Source of the DNA: Candidatus Nomurabacteria bacterium
Lineage (GTDB): Bacteria; Patescibacteriota; Minisyncoccia; Phycocordibacterales; UBA918
NCBI GenBank assembly: GCA_020632075.1
Contig: JACKGH010000001.1
Span: 537,778 to 601,777 of the forward strand
Length of the DNA stretch: 64,000 nt
Reading direction: 5' to 3'
The translations under genes were made by a program, and so were the position numbers. The notes beneath the pieces were generated by a model. That model was not told where the DNA came from, ran no database searches, and worked only from the letters and a program-made list of their open reading frames with translations. Shown in pieces: positions 9,438-18,716 of the stretch (within the stretch, counting starts at the first letter, position 1; each line of letters starts with the position of its first letter).

Positions 9438-12400
9438 CTACGTTGTTGGTTCTGGAGCTGAATCTACTGGACTTGCCGGTTCCTCAGCTGGTGGTTCCGG
9501 GGTTGGTTCTGGGTCTTCGGCCGGCAATTCAGACTCTTCACTCTCCTCTTCTACTATTGGCTCGACCGGCGGCTCTTCTGGCATTTCTTCGATCGTCGGT
9601 TCAGTCGTAGGTTCTTCTACTGTCTCCGGGGAACTCGTTGCAGCGTCTTGTTCTTCTGTAGTATCTGGAACGGTTTCGTTTGTACTACTTGCGGTTTGAT
9701 CAGTCGAACTGGCGGTGTCATCAGGCTCAGTACCAGCATTTCCCCCCTGAGTCTGTCCACCCGAGGTGTTGCTGTCAGTATTGGTGCTGCCACCAGCTGA
9801 GCCAGTGTTGTTAGTGCTGCTTGTATCAGTTGTTGCAGCCTGCACATCGAGCAAGAGGCGGAGATCATCCGCAGTCACACACACACCGTCGACACAGAGT
9901 TCATTAGCGATCTCAACGCGATCTGCCTTAAGCGTGAAGACTGAGAGCACGCCATCCACGAAGCGATTTGCGAGAGCAACCAAACGGTCGAAGATAGTTT
10001 CATCCTCATTATCACCGACCACTTCAATGCTGCTAGTGCCCATAAGCGCCTGGATACCAGCAAGCTGAGCATCATCAACCCAACGGAAACCACGATCGAC
10101 AAACATTACGATCTGACCAACCTTCACCTCAGTATTTCGATCAAGATCGATCGTTTCACTTTCAGTCTCGCGAAGTGCTTGGAGTGCTTCAGCGACAGAT
10201 TCACGCTCAATGATGTCATTAGCTTCTTCGATGCGTCCTTCTGTCGTGGTGGCGTTTAGTGGTACACACGGGTCCTCACCAAGCGCTGAGCCACCACCGA
10301 AGTAACAACCATCATCAATACGTGGATCGTATTCAGTGAAGATAGGCTCGAACACTGGATCGATCATGTCATCGCCAAACTGATTGATGTATGTCTCACT
10401 GTACATACGCTCATCATCGAAGTCTTCAAGTGCGATACCGATAGTCGCTCCAGTGCCAGTTGCCTTCATTGCAATACCTGGCAGGCTTGAGAGCATAAGC
10501 TGATCACCCTTCTTGATCGGTCCGTTTTCAGTCGAAAGCTTTACTGGCACACGTCCAGTAAGCGCAACTGGATACCGCGTCTCTCCTTCAGTGAGTGACA
10601 CATCGTCGGCACCGAGGGTGATACCCGGCTTAGTAGAAACCACACCGAGGATCGGTAGAACGCTATCTCGATTGGCTCGTTCGATCGAGAGTTCACCAGC
10701 GAGCGTTACCACCTCACCCGTCTCGAGCGCAGCGCTTGAGAAGTATGTTTCTGCCAAGTCAGAGTTGCCGGTATCGTAATCACGTGCTGAGATCTTACCG
10801 CTTGTAGATGCAGTACACTCACCATCGTAATCGACACAGATACCACCAAATGGGATCTGGAGACCAGCCAAGTTTGCAGTCGAGCCATCGTTACGACCGA
10901 TCGTCGTGGTACCGAATGCAGACACCGTGAATACAGGGTTGTTTGCGTTTCGGAAATCAAGATACTTTGAGGTCGACGATGAGAATGAGCCACCCGTACC
11001 ATTACCGAAGTTCATCTCAAGACCAGTACCTTCGAAATCACTCGAGCTCTGGAAGAGACTCAAAAGCGTAGCGGTCGTGATCGTGTCTGAGTAGCCGCGA
11101 ATCGCGTTACCTTGAGTAGTACCTTCTGTTTCGAAGTACCCACCCGCTGGCTCGTAGGTTGCTCCCGCATCGCCAGTTGTTACACCGCGTACACCAAAGG
11201 TACGAGCGAAGCCTGAAAGTGCGGTGTTTTCACCGTACGTATTGATACCGCGGTGTGCCTGCACTTCAAGACCACGCACAGTATTTGCGTAGTCTGTACT
11301 ATCTTGTACCCGGATCATACTACCAACGAGTGTGGTGGTCGCGGTATTTGAAGCTGTAAGGTAAAAGCGGTTACCATACTGCACCGCATCTTCAACAGAG
11401 TTAGTAGTCTGCAAGTACTGATCGAATCCGATCACTCCTGCACCATCAAAGTCGGTGCTTTCAAGAGTAAGCTTCGCGCTTGGAGTGGTGCTACCAATAC
11501 TGACCGAAGTACTGCCAATACCTCCCTGACCATCAGCGCGACCAAAGACAGTAAGAAGTGGCGTACCGTCAAGACTTGCCGAGTAGCTCATGACCGTACC
11601 GGTTGCAGACGCAGTCGTGACTCCCATGTCAGTCCACGAGACGATTCCCGCATCATCCGCAAACGTCATGTTACCCAGTGCGAGATTCTCAATCGTGGTC
11701 TGGTTGGTCGCACTATCATATGAGATCGCACCATTAGCGACTTCGAAGTCACCGGTGAGAGCGATCTTTGGATAGGTACCATCAGTATCGATACGGAAGA
11801 TCGGTGAGGCTGATGATGAGGTAGCGATGGTGAACGCAAACGCAGTACTGTCTTTAATAGTACTGGTAGCGTTGGTGAAGTACTGGAGAAGAAGGTCACT
11901 CGCTGAAGAAGAAGCGAATGAGATCACGTTTGAATCAAGCCAGGTGTCACCAGCGACTGAGAGTTTAGCGCTTGGGGATGAGGTACCGATGCCAACGAAT
12001 CCACTATTGTCGACCGTGAGTACTCGCCCACTCGCGTTATCGAGCGTGAGGATGTCACCAGTACCGAGCTGAGTGATCGAGGTGCTCGTAGCAGAGGTTG
12101 AGCCGGTGATGCTGAAGAGGTTGTATGCACGTTCGTCGTCGGTGGTGATGGTAGTGCGGTCCCATTCGTTGTAGCGGGTGTCGGTACCTGCATCACTGAC
12201 GTAGGTGGTGGTGTCGGGGTTGATGTAGGTATTGCCCACAATGACGGTGTGTTCGGAGTTTACCGTCTCGATCTCGATCAATGCAGCGGTACCGGTGGCC
12301 CTAATACTGTTACCAGAAATGAGAACGTCATCTGGCGCAACACCGCCAATATCATCAAGAAAGATGCTGGCATTTCCGCCACCACCATTCGCAATAAGGA

Positions 12401-15400
12401 CATTACCAGACACAAGAGTACGATCACTCGACCAAGAAACCCGAATACCATACACACTATTGGTGGCGATTTGGTTACCAATAATACTGTTGTCTGTTGC
12501 CCCCTGCCCCGTCACGATACCTTCAGGGTTCCCGGCAACGGTGTTGTCTGAAATAATGTTTCGACTCGCGTTTAGACCAATTTCAATACCGTAACTACCA
12601 TTACCATAAACCTGGTTGTTGGAGACGTGGTTTTCGACACTTGCTGTTCCCAAATACAAACCATGCCCGCTACCACTATTCATCTGGTTGCTGGTAATAA
12701 TGTTGTTGTTTGAGTTTGAGTTAACAAGAACGTTGTAACTACTATTACTATTGACTTGATTGCCCACAACCATGTTGTCCGAACTCTCGTCTAAGTAAAC
12801 ACCGTACACACTATCCTCAACCAAGTTCCCTTGCACAACGTTTTCATTTGAGCTAGTGAGCAACCCGATACCAATCCCAGCCGCGTCATCACTATTAATG
12901 AAACTGTTCGCAACAGTGTTGTTTGAACTTGAGACGAGATAAATACCCAAGTTTTCATTACCACCGGCAGTGACCTGCTCCACAGTATTACCGTTGGCAT
13001 ACGACAAGTACACACCAGCATTTTGAAAATCATTTGCGATGACATGCGCAATCGAAGACGAGCTGGTATTACTAAACCAGATACCATACTGATCATCACT
13101 GGCGGTGTTATTACTTAGATTACCTTCAAGGTGCAGACCAGCCACGCGCACGTGATTGCTCGACGTTGCCAGAATCATAGCGACCGTGTTGGCGGTATTC
13201 GCATCAAGTGTGAGAACTGTGCTGCTTCCCTGTCCAATCAGACTGGTAGAGGAAGCCAAGGTGATCACGCTGGTGGCGTAGGTGGTCGTACCGACCGCGT
13301 AATTTCCCGCGAGCAGCCGGACTTCGCCGCCGCCGTTACCAGCAACGTAATCAATCGCTGCCTGAATGGTCGCTTCATCAGCGGTCCCATCCGCCGTATA
13401 GTCTGCATACGCTTTCTCATTCGCTGGACTGTCTGCAGCAGCGACGACTACGGCGGTGTCACCGGCTGATTTGATACATGAGCCAGAAGCATCTTGGAAA
13501 CAACCACCCTCAAGCTTGATGCCGTTGGCGAAGGTTGAGGTGGCAGTGGTGGTTGAGACATAAAGGATGTTCTCGATGGTGGTGGTTGCACTGGTGAGGG
13601 TGAGGAGACCGTTGGTGCCCACTGTAGAACCAGTACCGATCTTGAAGGTGTCGTCGGTGTCGTCGAGGCCGAGGTAGAAGTCGACTGCAGAACCATCAAA
13701 CAGTGCAGCCAGATCTTCAGCCAGACCTGTTCCAAATGTAATAGTAGAACCAGTCCCTCCGGTTGAACTGATACTCAAGTCTCCACTCGCATTCACACTA
13801 AGCTCACTGTAATTAGACCCATCATACGAAAGTCGCAGTGCGTTTGAGGTACCAAAGATATCAAGCATTGCTCCTGGTGAAGCTGTACCAAGTCCAAGGT
13901 TGGTTCCGTCATACACAAAGGTTGAATCAAAGGCCAGGGCTGAACCAGAGACGTATGGGATAGCGTTGGTGGTATATGAACCTGGAGTATCAGAAAGACC
14001 AAGGAAGGTACCATTACCTAAGCCAAGGCTTGAGGTAGCAATGTCTGCCCAGGCTGAACCATTCCAATATAAGAGGTCACCGTAGTTTTCGGTCATTGCG
14101 GCGACATCAGAGAGGTCTTCGAGGGCGGAGGCGCCGGCTGAGAAACCAAGGGTGGTGGTTGAGACCCAGTCGAAGCCACCAGCTGCGGTGCTTGAAGCTT
14201 GAAGGACATAGCCATTGACCCAGTTGGAAGCAGCCAGGCTTGAAGAAGCAACGGTGGTAGTTGAGAGGACTCCGTTAGCATCGGCGGTGAGGAGGCCGCT
14301 GGTGAGACCACTCACAGTGAGAGTGCCGTCGTTACCAACCGTGAAAACGCGACCAGTCGCGTTGTCTAGAGTAAGGATGTCACCAGTACCGAGCTGAGTG
14401 ATCGAGGTACTCGTAGCTGAGGTTGAGCCGGTGATGCTGAAGAGGTCGTGTGTGCGGGTGGTTGGCGTTGTGAGTGTGCGGCGATCAAACTGATCGAACA
14501 TCGTTCCGGTACCTAAGTCACGGACAGACAGTGCTCCAGTGCCTGAGTGTGTATTATTTGCAATAACGTTATCGTTTGCGGTCGAAGATTGGATATCAAT
14601 CGCTCGTCCAGTCCCGGCCGCACTCACGATCCGGTTACCGGTGATGAGGTTTCGATCAGAGTTACTGCTGACGATAACTCCCGTTCCGGTCGCACCTCCA
14701 TTATTGTTGTTTATGAAATTGTTACCGCTCACTAAGTTATCAGAACTATTCTCAACGAACACACCTACTGTTGTGTTGTTTTGGAAGGTGTTTCCGGTGA
14801 CGGTGTTGTTACTTGATCCGTTTTCAAAATAAATTCCTCGGTTACTGCTCTCAAAGACGTTACCGGTGACTAGGTTGTAATCACCATTGTAGAAAAGAAC
14901 ACCTTGGTTACCCATGTCACGAAAGATGTTGCCAGTAACAGTGTTGTATCCACCAAGATAAAATGTGATTCCCTCCCAAGAGTTATCATGAATAGTATTA
15001 TTTGCAAAAATGGTGTGATAGACCGTATCAGCATCAATACCGTAGTTGCTGAATCCGGAAATCATGTTGTTCGTAATCTGGTTTCCTCGGGTACTAGTAT
15101 AGAGGCGGATACCGGAACCTCGTCCATCTTTAATCGATAGACCAGTGATCGTCGAACTTGCTGTGCCAGCAAAGTGAATACCGTGCTGGGTACCAGTAGT
15201 CTGCCCGGTTTTATTCAAGTCGAGCGTCATATCACGCACTGTGATATCTGTCACACCAGTTGCGTAGAACATGTAGTAGGTCGCATTGAAACTGTTCCTG
15301 AGCTGCAAAACAGTGCTCTTGCCAGAACCAACCAATGCTACTGAGGATGTTGCAAAATTAATACCACGATTCGAAAAACTGGTTGTACCAAGAGTGAATG

Positions 15401-16769
15401 TACCCGGAAGGAGGTGCACCATACCCCCACTCGCCGACAACGAATCAAGAGCCTGTTGGATCTCAACTTCGTCATCAGTACCGTCTGCAACATAATCTGC
15501 GTGTGCCTTCTGACTCGCTGGAGAATCGCTTGCCGCAACTACCACCATGGTGTCACCATTCCAAGATGAAGTGCCTGTCGTAACCCAACTTGAACCATTC
15601 CAATAGAGAACGTCGTTGGTGGCAATGCTGGTAGTAGAGACATCTGAGAGCTGACCAAGCTGCAGTGCATTTTGTGCAAAGTAGTATGCACTCGAAGTAC
15701 TGAAGCCACCACTCAGGAACGCTGCTGCTTCGTAGCCATCAAGGGTACCGGTCCAGTCTCCGGTCTTGGTGAGATACGAATCACCAATAGCCGCACCGTT
15801 CCAAGTCGCATCATAGATCGTACCGTCCACCTCAAGATCACCACTGATGAATGCACTGTTGTATCGATTACCAGACGCAATGCTACTGATGGTTGACGAG
15901 CCTACAGTAAGAAGTGTCGTTGGTGAAGTAGTGCCGATACCAACGTACCCACCGCTTGCAATAGTCATTCGAGATGCGTTATTGGTGATAAGACGAAGGT
16001 CATGAGCTGAGACAGTTCCCATGAAGCCTTGGAAGTCTTCACTACGAACATCTACGGTCACACTGTTAGTTTCATCGATGAAGCGACCACCTGCATTTGT
16101 CGTGCTAGACACGGTAAGTAATCTAACTGACGTCGCACCAAGTCCAACGTAGCCATTATCCGTAACAGTGAACACTTCTGTACCACCATCAAGTAAGTTC
16201 AGAATGTCACCAGTACCTGACTGGTTAATGGTCAAAAGTGTGTTTGTGTCAGTAGCAGCGATCGTATCTGATTGGTCGGAACGTACAAAACTAGACGACG
16301 CAACACCACCAAGCTTGTATGACTCAAACGCTGCTGGCACAGTGCCGAGCGGCTTGCGAGGACTCATTTCCCCATCCCAACTTGGTGAACCGCCAGTACC
16401 ACCGATCTCAACACCGAGGTAGAGATCTTGGTTGAAGTCAACACTAGTAAGTGGTGAAGTACTGCCGAGCATTACACTGAAGAGACCGTTGGTAACCTGT
16501 ACACCTTCACTAGAACCAACAAGTCGTTCCTCGGTCCACACTGCTGACGTGGTAGCCTGACTGGTATTCTGCAACAACCAAAAACGCATGTTGTATGTAC
16601 CGTCTGACACCGTCGCGCCAGTAGCATCGGTAAGCTTTCCTTGGTAGTTGATGTTCGGATTTGGTTCAGCGTGTACCGTAGACGTCCAACCTAAAAGACT
16701 GACACCAAAGGAGAGGAGTAGCAAGAAAGCAAGTTTAGTTGTAATGTTTCGCGCCGCCATACTTACCAT
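9438..16769 (-). CDS. Giant secreted protein (2443 aa) with two tandem modules each containing a right-handed parallel beta-helix (pectate-lyase/tailspike-like, PbH1-type NxxGN repeats); C-terminal acidic Pro/Glu/Thr-rich tail
   Basis: Signal peptide MVSMAARNITTKLAFLLLLSFGVSLLGWTSTVHA. Repeats such as NNTVTGNTFQNNTTVGVFVENSSDNLVSGNNFINN and NNTVANSFINSDDAAGIGIG... Duplicated flanks: LYWNGS.W before and LFSITGSTSATSTSITQLGTGDILTLDNA after each helix domain. C-terminus EPTIEEMPEEPPVEPIVEEESEESELPAEDPEPTPEPP. The stop is 2 nt from the start of the next giant gene. Confidence 0.65.
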   Translation of the reverse strand: MVSMAARNITTKLAFLLLLSFGVSLLGWTSTVHAEPNPNINYQGKLTDATGATVSDGTYNMRFWLLQNTSQATTSAVWTEERLVGSSEGVQVTNGLFSVMLGSTSPLTSVDFNQDLYLGVEIGGTGGSPSWDGEMSPRKPLGTVPAAFESYKLGGVASSSFVRSDQSDTIAATDTNTLLTINQSGTGDILNLLDGGTEVFTVTDNGYVGLGATSVRLLTVSSTTNAGGRFIDETNSVTVDVRSEDFQGFMGTVSAHDLRLITNNASRMTIASGGYVGIGTTSPTTLLTVGSSTISSIASGNRYNSAFISGDLEVDGTIYDATWNGAAIGDSYLTKTGDWTGTLDGYEAAAFLSGGFSTSSAYYFAQNALQLGQLSDVSTTSIATNDVLYWNGSSWVTTGTSSWNGDTMVVVAASDSPASQKAHADYVADGTDDEVEIQQALDSLSASGGMVHLLPGTFTLGTTSFSNRGINFATSSVALVGSGKSTVLQLRNSFNATYYMFYATGVTDITVRDMTLDLNKTGQTTGTQHGIHFAGTASSTITGLSIKDGRGSGIRLYTSTRGNQITNNMISGFSNYGIDADTVYHTIFANNTIHDNSWEGITFYLGGYNTVTGNIFRDMGNQGVLFYNGDYNLVTGNVFESSNRGIYFENGSSNNTVTGNTFQNNTTVGVFVENSSDNLVSGNNFINNNNGGATGTGVIVSSNSDRNLITGNRIVSAAGTGRAIDIQSSTANDNVIANNTHSGTGALSVRDLGTGTMFDQFDRRTLTTPTTRTHDLFSITGSTSATSTSITQLGTGDILTLDNATGRVFTVGNDGTLTVSGLTSGLLTADANGVLSTTTVASSSLAASNWVNGYVLQASSTAAGGFDWVSTTTLGFSAGASALEDLSDVAAMTENYGDLLYWNGSAWADIATSSLGLGNGTFLGLSDTPGSYTTNAIPYVSGSALAFDSTFVYDGTNLGLGTASPGAMLDIFGTSNALRLSYDGSNYSELSVNASGDLSISSTGGTGSTITFGTGLAEDLAALFDGSAVDFYLGLDDTDDTFKIGTGSTVGTNGLLTLTSATTTIENILYVSTTTATSTFANGIKLEGGCFQDASGSCIKSAGDTAVVVAAADSPANEKAYADYTADGTADEATIQAAIDYVAGNGGGEVRLLAGNYAVGTTTYATSVITLASSTSLIGQGSSTVLTLDANTANTVAMILATSSNHVRVAGLHLEGNLSNNTASDDQYGIWFSNTSSSSIAHVIANDFQNAGVYLSYANGNTVEQVTAGGNENLGIYLVSSSNNTVANSFINSDDAAGIGIGLLTSSNENVVQGNLVEDSVYGVYLDESSDNMVVGNQVNSNSSYNVLVNSNSNNNIITSNQMNSGSGHGLYLGTASVENHVSNNQVYGNGSYGIEIGLNASRNIISDNTVAGNPEGIVTGQGATDNSIIGNQIATNSVYGIRVSWSSDRTLVSGNVLIANGGGGNASIFLDDIGGVAPDDVLISGNSIRATGTAALIEIETVNSEHTVIVGNTYINPDTTTYVSDAGTDTRYNEWDRTTITTDDERAYNLFSITGSTSATSTSITQLGTGDILTLDNASGRVLTVDNSGFVGIGTSSPSAKLSVAGDTWLDSNVISFASSSASDLLLQYFTNATSTIKDSTAFAFTIATSSSASPIFRIDTDGTYPKIALTGDFEVANGAISYDSATNQTTIENLALGNMTFADDAGIVSWTDMGVTTASATGTVMSYSASLDGTPLLTVFGRADGQGGIGSTSVSIGSTTPSAKLTLESTDFDGAGVIGFDQYLQTTNSVEDAVQYGNRFYLTASNTATTTLVGSMIRVQDSTDYANTVRGLEVQAHRGINTYGENTALSGFARTFGVRGVTTGDAGATYEPAGGYFETEGTTQGNAIRGYSDTITTATLLSLFQSSSDFEGTGLEMNFGNGTGGSFSSSTSKYLDFRNANNPVFTVSAFGTTTIGRNDGSTANLAGLQIPFGGICVDYDGECTASTSGKISARDYDTGNSDLAETYFSSAALETGEVVTLAGELSIERANRDSVLPILGVVSTKPGITLGADDVSLTEGETRYPVALTGRVPVKLSTENGPIKKGDQLMLSSLPGIAMKATGTGATIGIALEDFDDERMYSETYINQFGDDMIDPVFEPIFTEYDPRIDDGCYFGGGSALGEDPCVPLNATTTEGRIEEANDIIERESVAEALQALRETESETIDLDRNTEVKVGQIVMFVDRGFRWVDDAQLAGIQALMGTSSIEVVGDNEDETIFDRLVALANRFVDGVLSVFTLKADRVEIANELCVDGVCVTADDLRLLLDVQAATTDTSSTNNTGSAGGSTNTDSNTSGGQTQGGNAGTEPDDTASSTDQTASSTNETVPDTTEEQDAATSSPETVEEPTTEPTIEEMPEEPPVEPIVEEESEESELPAEDPEPTPEPPAEEPASPVDSAPEPTT

Positions 16770-17506
16770 TTACGAACATTAACCGGCACTTCTATCAACG
16801 GTACTAACGCACCAACCACTCGACCTGACTCGTCGACCTTTGCTGCTACCTGCGTACCATCGCTCAGCTCGTAGATCTCTACCGTATCTGAAAACAACAT
16901 ATCGACGGTCGCAGAGGCACTACTGGTTCCTTGTGGCATGAGTAAAATACCGTGCGTTGGGTCAGCCGAAAACGAATGCACTGAAGAGGTAGGCACTGCA
17001 ACCACGACAGCTCCCATATCGCTCACTGGACCGTTTGACTGATCAGACACAGTGGTGCGCACAGGTTGTGGAGCCTGAGCAACTTGCGTACTTACTACCG
17101 GAGTCTTGATCAGCCGTGAACTGAGCATGTCATGCTCGTAGACAACGTATCCGCTGAAGAGTCCGACGAGCAAAACGAATGTCGCCACTGAGAGTGAACG
17201 AGCATGCAGTGACTGCACTCGCTTGAGCTGTAGAGTATTCTGCTGTTCCGCTACTGCTCGAAGCTCTCGCTCCCGTTTGCGTTCAAGACGAAGTTGCTTC
17301 TTGCGAATTTCTTGTTCGGCATTAATTGTATCGACATACGACTTGAGAGAGTTTAGATCAACGTACCACTGTCGGCCCACATAAGTGGCAACAATTTTTT
17401 GCTCGCGTGCAAGGCGAGTGATGTAGTCTCGTGAGTATGTGACAAGGTCTGCAATATCCTTGATTGGATACAACTGCTTTCCGTCAATTTCTAATGCACT
17501 GGACAT
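16763..17506 (-). CDS. Membrane-anchored HTH protein: N-terminal excisionase/MerR-type helix-turn-helix, coiled-coil, single TM helix, ~120-aa extracytoplasmic C-terminal domain (ToxR-like topology)
   Basis: IKDIADLVTYSRDYITRLAREQKIVATYVGRQWYV matches the HTH_17 pattern (..GR.W.V). Charged heptad region RKKQLRLERKRERELRAVAEQQ. TM helix SVATFVLLVGLFSGYVVY. Overlaps the start of the giant gene by 7 nt. Confidence 0.55.
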   Translation of the reverse strand: MSSALEIDGKQLYPIKDIADLVTYSRDYITRLAREQKIVATYVGRQWYVDLNSLKSYVDTINAEQEIRKKQLRLERKRERELRAVAEQQNTLQLKRVQSLHARSLSVATFVLLVGLFSGYVVYEHDMLSSRLIKTPVVSTQVAQAPQPVRTTVSDQSNGPVSDMGAVVVAVPTSSVHSFSADPTHGILLMPQGTSSASATVDMLFSDTVEIYELSDGTQVAAKVDESGRVVGALVPLIEVPVNVRKW

Positions 17507-17548
17507 ACCGATTTAACTTTAATTATAAAGTTAAATCGGTATTTTTTC
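17507..17548. promoter_or_regulatory. 14-bp-stem palindrome + T-tract between the two HTH paralogs, 4 nt upstream of the downstream paralog's start codon (candidate operator/attenuator)
   Basis: ccgatttaactttaAttaTaaagttaaatcgg followed by tattttttt. Confidence 0.35.
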
Positions 17549-17585
17549 TGAACTGACTGTGAATAAGTTTTATGTAAAAAATGTA

Positions 17586-18638
17586 CTACGGTTGCAAGAC
17601 TTGCAGGAGATTTGCAACCTGCAACACAACCTGAGATTCATACACTGTGTCAGCGACGATCACTTGTGAACTCGCTGAGAACAAAACGGTAACACACACC
17701 AAAGCGAGCACTGAGGCGATCAGAGGAGAGATCAATACCATAAGCGGCATTTCCTTCATGGCAGCGGCTTGCTGAACCATTTGTGGTGCAAAAGATGAAA
17801 TAGTCGATTGTAGACCTGCTTTCGCTCGAGATTTCTTATCTGGCTGTAGTGGAGATTCTATCCTTTTCGCTGAAATAGTTGCTTTTTCAATCTTTTTTTC
17901 AAAATCTGTACTCAAAACTGTTTTCTTGTCAGCAAAATCAGCGACGATGTTTACTTTTTGCTTTCGTTTTCCAGCAATCTCAACAACCGTGACTCTTTTT
18001 ACCTTTGGCTTTACGAGTGCAACTTCATCCGAGATAACCTTATTATTAAGCACATTTTCTTCATCACTAAGACTCTCCTCTTCATTCTCATCGACGTCAG
18101 GGTAGTCTGTAACTGTAAGAGAACCCGACAGAGACACTTCAGGCAATGGATCAGCTGCAAACACTGAGGTTGTTTTCTCAGCTGCGATATGAATTCGAGT
18201 TGCATTAGCATGCTCAATGCGAATTCTTCTAGGTGGTTTGGGGACTTTTCTCGTGAGACTAGGAAGCAATGCTTCTTCATCTGGCTCATAGGCTACAGCC
18301 AACGAACGTTCTCGCTGTCCCATTTTGTTTACAGTCGTCTTAGATACTTTAACCGTTTTTGGAGTAAGAACAGCCGGGACACTTTTCCGATGTATCTTTG
18401 TTTTACTAGCTATATCTTGTTTTTGCTCTTCTCGATCCTTTTTCACTAATTGTGAATGTCTGTTTCTTTTGTGTTCAACTAGCGATTCTGGATTTACAAA
18501 CCACGTCCGCCCAACTAAACGAGCGTCAATCTTTTTCGCACGGCAGAGCTGGCCAATGTAGTCTGAAGTATACTTAAATTCCTTCGCAGCATGCGAAGCT
18601 TTAATGTAGGCAACTCCATCAAAAACTACAGTCTCCAT
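17586..18638 (-). CDS. Paralogous HTH protein: excisionase/MerR-type HTH N-terminus, long Lys/Glu-rich linker, C-terminal TM anchor (tail-anchored)
   Basis: KYTSDYIGQLCRAKKIDARLVGRTWFVNPESL aligns with the N-terminus of the downstream paralog. C-terminal hydrophobic segment MVLISPLIASVLALVCVTVLF. Confidence 0.55.
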   Translation of the reverse strand: METVVFDGVAYIKASHAAKEFKYTSDYIGQLCRAKKIDARLVGRTWFVNPESLVEHKRNRHSQLVKKDREEQKQDIASKTKIHRKSVPAVLTPKTVKVSKTTVNKMGQRERSLAVAYEPDEEALLPSLTRKVPKPPRRIRIEHANATRIHIAAEKTTSVFAADPLPEVSLSGSLTVTDYPDVDENEEESLSDEENVLNNKVISDEVALVKPKVKRVTVVEIAGKRKQKVNIVADFADKKTVLSTDFEKKIEKATISAKRIESPLQPDKKSRAKAGLQSTISSFAPQMVQQAAAMKEMPLMVLISPLIASVLALVCVTVLFSASSQVIVADTVYESQVVLQVANLLQVLQP

Positions 18639-18667
18639 AACAAGTACATTCTAACAGAGAAAAGCAA

Positions 18668-18692
18668 AATGCACCCCCAGAAGAAGTGCATT
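18668..18692 (-). terminator. Hairpin (7-bp stem aatgcac/gtgcatt) with T-rich tail on the minus strand, downstream of gatB
   Basis: The minus strand reads gtgcatt...aatgcac TTTGCTTTTCTCTGTT. Confidence 0.4.
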
Positions 18693-18716
18693 ACTTATCG
18701 TTTAACCGAGAAAACC

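Noticed and set aside
10400-12400. Peptidase S74 (intramolecular-chaperone/tail-fibre autoproteolysis) domain in giant protein A
   Set aside because: Considered because of the tailspike-like beta-helix context. I could not find the Ser-Lys dyad region or the conserved S74 signature, so there is no support.
16763-18638. Integrative mobile element suggested by excisionase-family HTH domains
   Set aside because: There is no integrase, recombinase, transposase, att-like direct repeats or tRNA target nearby. The HTH domains are fused to TM segments, which is more consistent with membrane-tethered regulators.
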